Origin: Candidatus Bathyarchaeia archaeon
Lineage (GTDB): Archaea; Thermoproteota; Bathyarchaeia; 40CM-2-53-6
Assembly (NCBI GenBank): GCA_050013255.1
Contig: JBEKFP010000001.1
Span: 768,001-832,000 of the forward strand
Length of the DNA stretch: 64,000 nucleotides
Direction of reading: 5' to 3'
Made by a program: the position numbers and the translations under genes. Shown here piece after piece: positions 58,319-64,000 of the stretch. The stretch's first letter is position 1, and every line of letters begins with the position of its first letter. The notes beneath the pieces are model-generated. The model saw only the letters and a program-made list of their open reading frames with translations. It had not been told where the DNA came from and made no database searches.

Positions 58319-60081
58319 CCACTCTATACGCAGAATGGTTTGTTTGGGCCCTACCCTTCATAGCGATACCCTTCACCTTAGGCTTATCACGCTGGCCTAA
58401 AGTAAGAAACTGGTTCGCCGCAACAATAACTGGCCTCACATTTCTATTGGCAGTAGACCTGCTGCTCGAAGTGCAAAGTGGTGGGATAATTGATTCATCG
58501 TTTTCATGGTTGTCGGCCTACGGTTTCAAAGTGACGGTGCACGTAGATGGTTTAGCAGCTTTCTTGGCGGTGGTAGTGAATTCGCTTGGTTTCTTGATCG
58601 TTGTTTATTCACAGGGCTACATGGGGCATGAGAAAGGCCTACCTAGATACTATTCGCTCGTTCAACTCTTCATTGGCGCTATGACTGGGCTAGTCCTTGC
58701 CGGAAACTTTCTCCAGCTCTACATCTTCTGGGAAATAGTAGGCATATGCTCCGCCTTCCTGATAGCCTTCTGGTATGACCGGCCGGAAGCAGTTCGTGCT
58801 GGCCTCAAGGCCTTCATCGTCACAAGGGTCGGGGACGCAGCGTTGCTGATCGGGTTTGTCTGGCTCTACGTGACAACAGGGAGCGTAGACTTCCAGAAAC
58901 TGAGCACACTGGCATCGCAGGGATTCATCCCCGCATCAATCCTTACAGCGACAGGAATACTGATTCTCGTCGGCGCGATGGGTAAGTCCGCGCAGGTGCC
59001 GCTCCACGTTTGGCTACCCGACGCAATGGAAGGGCCAACCACCGTTAGCGCCCTAATTCATGCTGCCACAATGGTAAACGCAGGCGTGTACCTAGTCGCC
59101 AGAACATACCCAATCTTCTCCACCAGCCAAACATGGCTCTCCACCGTCGGCTGGGTTGGCATAATCTCAGCCCTGCTAGCCGCCAGCATAGCCACGGTTA
59201 CTACGGACATAAAACGAGTCCTCGCCTACTCAACAATCAGCCAACTGGGCATGATGCTCGCAGCACTCGGAACTGGGACGGCGGGCGGATGGTTTGCCTC
59301 CCAATTCCATTTGATGAGCCAAGGCTTCTTCAAAGCACTGGGATTCTTGGCAGCGGGGTCGATCATTCACGTTCTCGGGACTCGTAACATGGAGGAGATG
59401 GGCGGCCTGCGAAAGCGTATGCCCATCACTTTCCTGGCATTTCTATTCGCAACACTCGCCCTAGCGGGTGTCCCGCCGTTCGTTGGTTTCTGGAGCAAAG
59501 ACCTCATCGTAACCGAACTGTCCTTGGCCGGCCAGAACGTACAGGCCCTGCTCATCCTAGTTGTTTCAATACTCTCATCATTCTACATGTTCCGTGCGCT
59601 CTTCAAAGTCTTCTTCGGGCCCGAGAGCAAAATGGCGCAAGAGAAGAACATTCACGAATCGCCGAAAATCATGACGATACCGCTACTCATCCTGAGCGCT
59701 TGCGTACTCGTGTTGGGCTTTACAGAAGGCCCAGCTGCGAGCTTACTCGGCATAACGGAGAACCTTGCCTTCGAGCTACCTATCATCGGCGCTTCCATCT
59801 TTGCGATTTTGATAGGGCTGACGCCATCCTACTTTGCGTTCTACCTGCACAAACCTAACCCATCAACGTTCCTTGAACAACACCCCAGCCTCGGGACATT
59901 GAGGCAAATCATGCTGGCTGGGTATGGTTTTGACGCCCTTTACCAAAGAGTCTTCGTTAACTCGCTCTCGAAAATTTCGAACACGGCTAGGGAAATTCAG
60001 ACTGGAATCCTGGCTAAGAATCTCTGGCCTATGCTCGCAATCTTAGTGATTCTCGCGATCTGGGTGGTGTTGTACCTATGA
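58315..60081 (+). CDS. Antiporter-like subunit, NuoL-like (probable CTG start)
   Basis: 'YSQGYM', 'WEIVGICS', 'GKSAQVPLHVWLPDAMEGPT', 'GFWSKD'; frame open upstream to a CTG overlapping the nuoK-like stop. Confidence 0.92.
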   Translation: MTTLYAEWFVWALPFIAIPFTLGLSRWPKVRNWFAATITGLTFLLAVDLLLEVQSGGIIDSSFSWLSAYGFKVTVHVDGLAAFLAVVVNSLGFLIVVYSQGYMGHEKGLPRYYSLVQLFIGAMTGLVLAGNFLQLYIFWEIVGICSAFLIAFWYDRPEAVRAGLKAFIVTRVGDAALLIGFVWLYVTTGSVDFQKLSTLASQGFIPASILTATGILILVGAMGKSAQVPLHVWLPDAMEGPTTVSALIHAATMVNAGVYLVARTYPIFSTSQTWLSTVGWVGIISALLAASIATVTTDIKRVLAYSTISQLGMMLAALGTGTAGGWFASQFHLMSQGFFKALGFLAAGSIIHVLGTRNMEEMGGLRKRMPITFLAFLFATLALAGVPPFVGFWSKDLIVTELSLAGQNVQALLILVVSILSSFYMFRALFKVFFGPESKMAQEKNIHESPKIMTIPLLILSACVLVLGFTEGPAASLLGITENLAFELPIIGASIFAILIGLTPSYFAFYLHKPNPSTFLEQHPSLGTLRQIMLAGYGFDALYQRVFVNSLSKISNTAREIQTGILAKNLWPMLAILVILAIWVVLYL

Positions 60082-61583
60082 GCGATTGGATAACGCTATT
60101 CTCAACTTTCGCCCCAGGGTTCTTTGGCGCCTTCGGCATTCTCATCCTAGACTTGGTCTTCAAGAATAGAACGAAACATCGCTCTGCTATTAGCGGCGTA
60201 ATAGCCATCGGTGCCTTCTCCCTAATCGCGGTTAGCAACTGGCAACAGGCTGCAACCGTGTTAGCGACGGGTAAGCCCACTGTGATAAGCCTTGAACCGA
60301 GCCTGTTGGCTACAACCTTTACGATAACTCAGCTAGGCGTTTACATATCCTCAATTGCACTGTTGCTCTGCATTCTAATCAGCCTGTACTCGATTGCATA
60401 CCTTTCGAAGGAGGGTAGCTCAGCCCTCTTTCAATCCCTAATTCTTCTGCTCTACCTCAGCATATACGCGGTCACAGTCTCGGGCGACCTGTTCACATTC
60501 TTCATTGGTTGGGAGGGTATGAGTGTCGCCGCATACGGCCTGGTAGCCTTCTACAAGCATAGCTGGGAAGCTATCGAGGCTACAGTGAAGTACTTGCTGA
60601 TGAGCGGAATAGGAAGCCTCACAGCGCTTTACGGAATTGCACTCATATACGGCCTAACAGGCACCTTGAACATTGAGAGCTTCGTGAAAGGCTTCGCCAC
60701 ACCGACTTCGACTGGAACGTTGGCCCTCATTCTCATTTTCGTGGGATTTGGCGTTGAGGCCGCTGTCGTGCCGTTACACATGTGGTTACCTGACGCCCAT
60801 CCTGCAGCCCCTAGCCCTATGAGCGCGCTACTGTCTGGGATTATCATTGAAGTTGGAAGTTTTGCTTTCATACGCCTTATAGGCCCAATTCTAATCCTGC
60901 CCGCTTACGTGACTCTGGCTCAGCCGATACTTGCGGCCGCTGCCGTCGCAACAATGTTCGTCGGCAACCTGTCAGCATTACAGCAGGACGATTTGAAGCG
61001 GCTACTAGCCTATTCGAGTATCGCGCAAGTCGGCTACATATTACTTGGAATCGCGACCCTAACCCCCGCGGGATTCTCAGCGAGCATATTCCACATCTGG
61101 AACCACGCACTTCTGAAAGGGATGTTATTCCTCCTCGCAGGAATCGTTACCTACCAAATTGGCACCAGAAGCTTGACTGAGATGGCCGGGTTGGGAAGGA
61201 AAAGCCCGATACTTGCAGCGCTTTTCGGTCTCAGCGCGTTGGCTATGACCGGTGTCCCACCCTTTGGCTTATTCTGGAGCGAACTGCTGATAGTTCTCTC
61301 AAACCTGGCAGTCGGGTCGATTATCCTAGATGCGGCGGTTGTGTTAATGTTGCTCAACCTGCTCATCTCGATAGCGTACTACTTCCGAATAATACGAACC
61401 ATCGCTTTCGCAGAACCGAGCAGCCACCTAAACGGAAACGTGGCGACCAAAATACCGAAGCTCCTGTTGATTCCGTGTATAATCCTAATCGCGCTCAGTT
61501 TGATTACGGGCCTCTACCCGAACCTTTTCTACCAACCAGCAGCAAATGCTGTTAATGGGCTTCTAACCGGTTTCTCATGGTGA
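60078..61583 (+). CDS. Antiporter-like subunit, NuoM/N/MrpD-like
   Basis: 'FFIGWE', 'PLHMWLPDAHPAAP', 'LKRLLAYSSI', 'GVPP.G.FWSE'. Confidence 0.9.
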   Translation: MSDWITLFSTFAPGFFGAFGILILDLVFKNRTKHRSAISGVIAIGAFSLIAVSNWQQAATVLATGKPTVISLEPSLLATTFTITQLGVYISSIALLLCILISLYSIAYLSKEGSSALFQSLILLLYLSIYAVTVSGDLFTFFIGWEGMSVAAYGLVAFYKHSWEAIEATVKYLLMSGIGSLTALYGIALIYGLTGTLNIESFVKGFATPTSTGTLALILIFVGFGVEAAVVPLHMWLPDAHPAAPSPMSALLSGIIIEVGSFAFIRLIGPILILPAYVTLAQPILAAAAVATMFVGNLSALQQDDLKRLLAYSSIAQVGYILLGIATLTPAGFSASIFHIWNHALLKGMLFLLAGIVTYQIGTRSLTEMAGLGRKSPILAALFGLSALAMTGVPPFGLFWSELLIVLSNLAVGSIILDAAVVLMLLNLLISIAYYFRIIRTIAFAEPSSHLNGNVATKIPKLLLIPCIILIALSLITGLYPNLFYQPAANAVNGLLTGFSW

Positions 61584-61586
61584 TCT

Positions 61587-61928
61587 ATGATGAGTGAAGG
61601 AGGAAGAGAACGAATAATCAAAGATGTGGAAACCCTCGACGATGCAGTCAAAGCCGAGAAGGATGTGGAGTCAGGGTACCACGGCGTCATCGACGAGAAT
61701 ATATCGTACTGGCTAGCCGTCGAAGAGGACATCGTCGAAAGTTACACGAAGTTGGCCAAGAAAAGCAAGAACAGAAAGGTCAAAACGACCCTCAACAGAA
61801 TTATAGACGACTCCAAGAACCACATTCGAATGCTAACCTCGATACGCAAAGCCTTCAACAAAATTATGGCGGACGAACATCGCCACGCAGCACTCCTACA
61901 AGAGTTGGCTGAAACAACGCACAAATGA
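61587..61928 (+). CDS. Ferritin-like (rubrerythrin-fold) small protein
   Basis: Helical; 'VEEDIVESY', 'DSKNH', 'DEHRH'. Confidence 0.7.
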   Translation: MMSEGGRERIIKDVETLDDAVKAEKDVESGYHGVIDENISYWLAVEEDIVESYTKLAKKSKNRKVKTTLNRIIDDSKNHIRMLTSIRKAFNKIMADEHRHAALLQELAETTHK

Positions 61929-61953
61929 GACCAGCTTAGGGACGCCTTCGGGC

Positions 61954-61977
61954 GTTCAAATCCCTCCCCGTGCACCA
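61954..61977 (+). other. tRNA 3'-half fragment (att-like scar)
   Basis: G-TTCAAAT-CCCTC-CCCGTGC-A-CCA: exact T-loop/T-stem/acceptor/discriminator/CCA spacing; no 5' half upstream. Confidence 0.7.
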
Positions 61978-62123
61978 ACTATACCCGTGTATAACATATG
62001 CTAGACGAGAAGGACCATGGAGTATTCGAGAAATTCGTTTAGGAACCGGTTTCGATTCAAGCCTTGTCCGCCTATCGAAGTGGATTTTGGGTTGTTCCGC
62101 CAAGAAAATTGGTTCTGGAGCTT

Positions 62124-62149
62124 GGGTTCGAACCCCGTTCCCGCCACCA
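62124..62149 (+). other. Second tRNA 3'-half fragment (att-like scar)
   Basis: GGG-TTCGAAC-CCCGT-TCCCGCC-A-CCA; no 5' half upstream. Confidence 0.7.
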
Positions 62150-62422
62150 CTCACACTGGTTCACATAGCCAACCAGCACCCTTGGCACCGTTTGGCACCA
62201 CCCCTCGGTGGGTGGATCCACCCTCTGATTCGGCCACTGGAAGATCGAGCCGTTTACCTAGGCCTCCCAACCGCAAGATGCTGGGAGTGCCGACTTTCAC
62301 AAATTGGCATTCAGATGGGAGTATTATAACCAAAGTGATGGTGGAGCGAAGAATTCCTATTCGCTACGCATACAGTTAGGCGGGAAGTACCAAGGCACAG
62401 TTCGTGCCATGAATCGCGTGTC

Positions 62423-63694
62423 TTACTGTCGTTTTCCGCGTTTTCTCCAGACGCCTACGCCTGCTAGAAGAACGATTACGATCACAGCCACCAGAATGAG
62501 GTTAGACCACCCAATCGAAGGAGTCTGACTCGTGGAAGTCGACGACATCTCTGAGATCATAGCTGTAGTTGAGGGCATAGACGATGAGGCATGGCAGTCA
62601 ATCATCGGAACAGTAGCATTTCCGCGTAGGTTCATGATGTTCGTGTTAGCCGTGTTGCATGTCCACACGCCATACTTGTCGTTGAGGATTGTGTTCGACA
62701 ATATAGAAGTGCCCGTTACGGTCGGAGGGGAAGGCATGCCGGGGGCAGCTTCCGCTACGAGTGATATGCCCACGGTTCCATTCGAACCTGTTGGAGTGTT
62801 TGGAGAAGCAAAATCTGGTGGGTAGTATCCGTTGTTGCTGATGAAGTTGTTCTCAATGGTTGTGTGTGAAATCACATCACCGGGGGCATTCGCGTGAATC
62901 GCTATGCCAGGTAGCATGCTCCCATCGACAATGTTGTCAGAAATGATCGTGTCGCTGATAACCGTGTTCGGAGCGTTAGCGGCCATAACAATCTGACCAT
63001 TGTAGGGTCCAACATCAGGCGTGCTCCCAAGAACTAGGTTCCATGTTATGATGTTACCCACTGCGCCCGCGCTCGGGCCAGAGTTGTACGAAGCAACAAG
63101 TATGCCACATCCTGGGATGTTATTTTCAATCAGGTTGTTTGTGATGATGTTTGCGACGCTTTGATGTGGCGTTCCTGGGTTTGGAGCGCCTGGGTTAGCC
63201 GGTCCGTCGTCGGCAACGGCGATGCCTCCGTCAGCAGGATTGAAACTTACTGTGTTGCCTTTGACTAACGCGTGGCTTGTTCCAACAAGTAGAACTTCGT
63301 AGTTGGCAGCAATGCAAGGTTTCGATGGAGTCGAGGGCGTCCCGAATGGACAAGCTGGGTGAGGCGCTATGCCGTTTGCAGTGATGAAGCTGTTCTCTAT
63401 GACGGTGTTCGTGGTGTCCTGCACTAATATTCCGTGGTCGTTTGCCCCTGTGACTGTGGCGTTTGCGATCACTACTTCAATTCCTGGTCCGACGTAGATG
63501 CCGATATCGCAACCTGCAGCGTTGATTATCCCAGTTATCACTTGATTTGAGTTGGCCACTACCGACGCGGTTAGTCCTGTGTCACCGGCTGGCGAGCAGC
63601 TTGCTGCCTGAACATAGCTAAGAGTCGCTGTAGGTCCGAAGAAGACGGCGACAAGGAAGATGGTGACCGCGGTAAAGGCAAGACTGGTTCTCAA
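62423..63694 (-). CDS. Secreted right-handed parallel beta-helix protein with C-terminal membrane anchor
   Basis: Signal peptide; repeated 'I.NN.I..N...GI' coils; S/T linker, TM, basic tail. Confidence 0.8.
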   Translation of the reverse strand: MRTSLAFTAVTIFLVAVFFGPTATLSYVQAASCSPAGDTGLTASVVANSNQVITGIINAAGCDIGIYVGPGIEVVIANATVTGANDHGILVQDTTNTVIENSFITANGIAPHPACPFGTPSTPSKPCIAANYEVLLVGTSHALVKGNTVSFNPADGGIAVADDGPANPGAPNPGTPHQSVANIITNNLIENNIPGCGILVASYNSGPSAGAVGNIITWNLVLGSTPDVGPYNGQIVMAANAPNTVISDTIISDNIVDGSMLPGIAIHANAPGDVISHTTIENNFISNNGYYPPDFASPNTPTGSNGTVGISLVAEAAPGMPSPPTVTGTSILSNTILNDKYGVWTCNTANTNIMNLRGNATVPMIDCHASSSMPSTTAMISEMSSTSTSQTPSIGWSNLILVAVIVIVLLAGVGVWRKRGKRQ

Positions 63695-63770
63695 GTTACT
63701 ATCGAAGGGGATATCAAATTCGACATTAATTAAGCCTTATCTTAGAAGGAGATTCGATGCATCAAAATCA

Positions 63771-64000
63771 CTACAGCGTGCTCGTTTCCTTTCTGTCAAG
63801 TAAGATGTTGATTATTCTAAAAGTCAATCCCCACACTGTGTTTCCGCCGTAAATGTAAGCCTCAACATTCAGGTTTCCCTCGTCGTCCTTTACTTCGGTT
63901 CTATTGACTTCGCTCACGTCCAAGATGCTGAGAGGTACCCAGAATTTCTCTGCAACCTCCTCATTCGATTTAACAATTACACTTGTCTTCAATTGGAAGA
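63771..64000 (-). CDS. CoA pyrophosphatase-like NUDIX hydrolase, C-terminal part (runs off the window)
   Basis: 'NEEVAEKFWVPL' and 'VWGLTFRII'. Confidence 0.75.
   Translation of the reverse strand, partial: FQLKTSVIVKSNEEVAEKFWVPLSILDVSEVNRTEVKDDEGNLNVEAYIYGGNTVWGLTFRIINILLDRKETSTL

Noticed and set aside
62017-62379. 120-aa ORF and overlapping ORFs in the 62-kb gap
   Set aside because: Non-protein-like composition; runs through the tRNA fragment
62379-62420. ggcggga downstream of the second tRNA fragment considered as the 5' half of a permuted tRNA
   Set aside because: Complementary to the acceptor strand, but no U8, D-arm or anticodon-arm consensus and no BHB; 230 bp away

Overview
Archaeal chromosomal segment, most consistent with a TACK-type lineage such as Bathyarchaeia (inferred from a CFI-box-CTERM-type surface protein, GAPN, a Sulfolobus-type gluconate dehydratase, a RAD55/KaiC ATPase, F420-dependent LLM enzymes, GGTGA-type SD sequences and many TTG/GTG starts). 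Main blocks: (1) an accessory-looking patch at about 1-8 kb; (2) carbon/acetate metabolism (gapN, acyl-CoA ligase, acs-satP, malic enzyme, gnd, gad); (3) a STAND-NTPase/TPR gene followed by a GYD-like gene; (4) two surface proteins; (5) a purine cluster purH-purCSQLFDNEM with folate-dependent PurN/PurH; (6) an ABC-2 exporter flanked by two F420-dependent oxidoreductases; (7) a group 4 [NiFe]-hydrogenase operon in nuo-like gene order with its maturation protease. The most notable unannotated signal is a family of about 28-bp intergenic sites (consensus roughly GTGYGCGCACC-ATTAGA-CCCACACACAC). They look like degenerate tRNA 3' ends plus a conserved arm and they separate single genes in the accessory patch. 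One inverted pair is flanked by a 6-bp direct repeat, and two clean tRNA 3'-half fragments lie at about 62 kb. Also found: purM has no in-frame start codon, two likely CTG starts, two unannotated metal-binding microproteins, a SAM-decarboxylase homologue with an altered substrate pocket, and a TrxB-like protein lacking CxxC. All calls are by eye; no searches were run.
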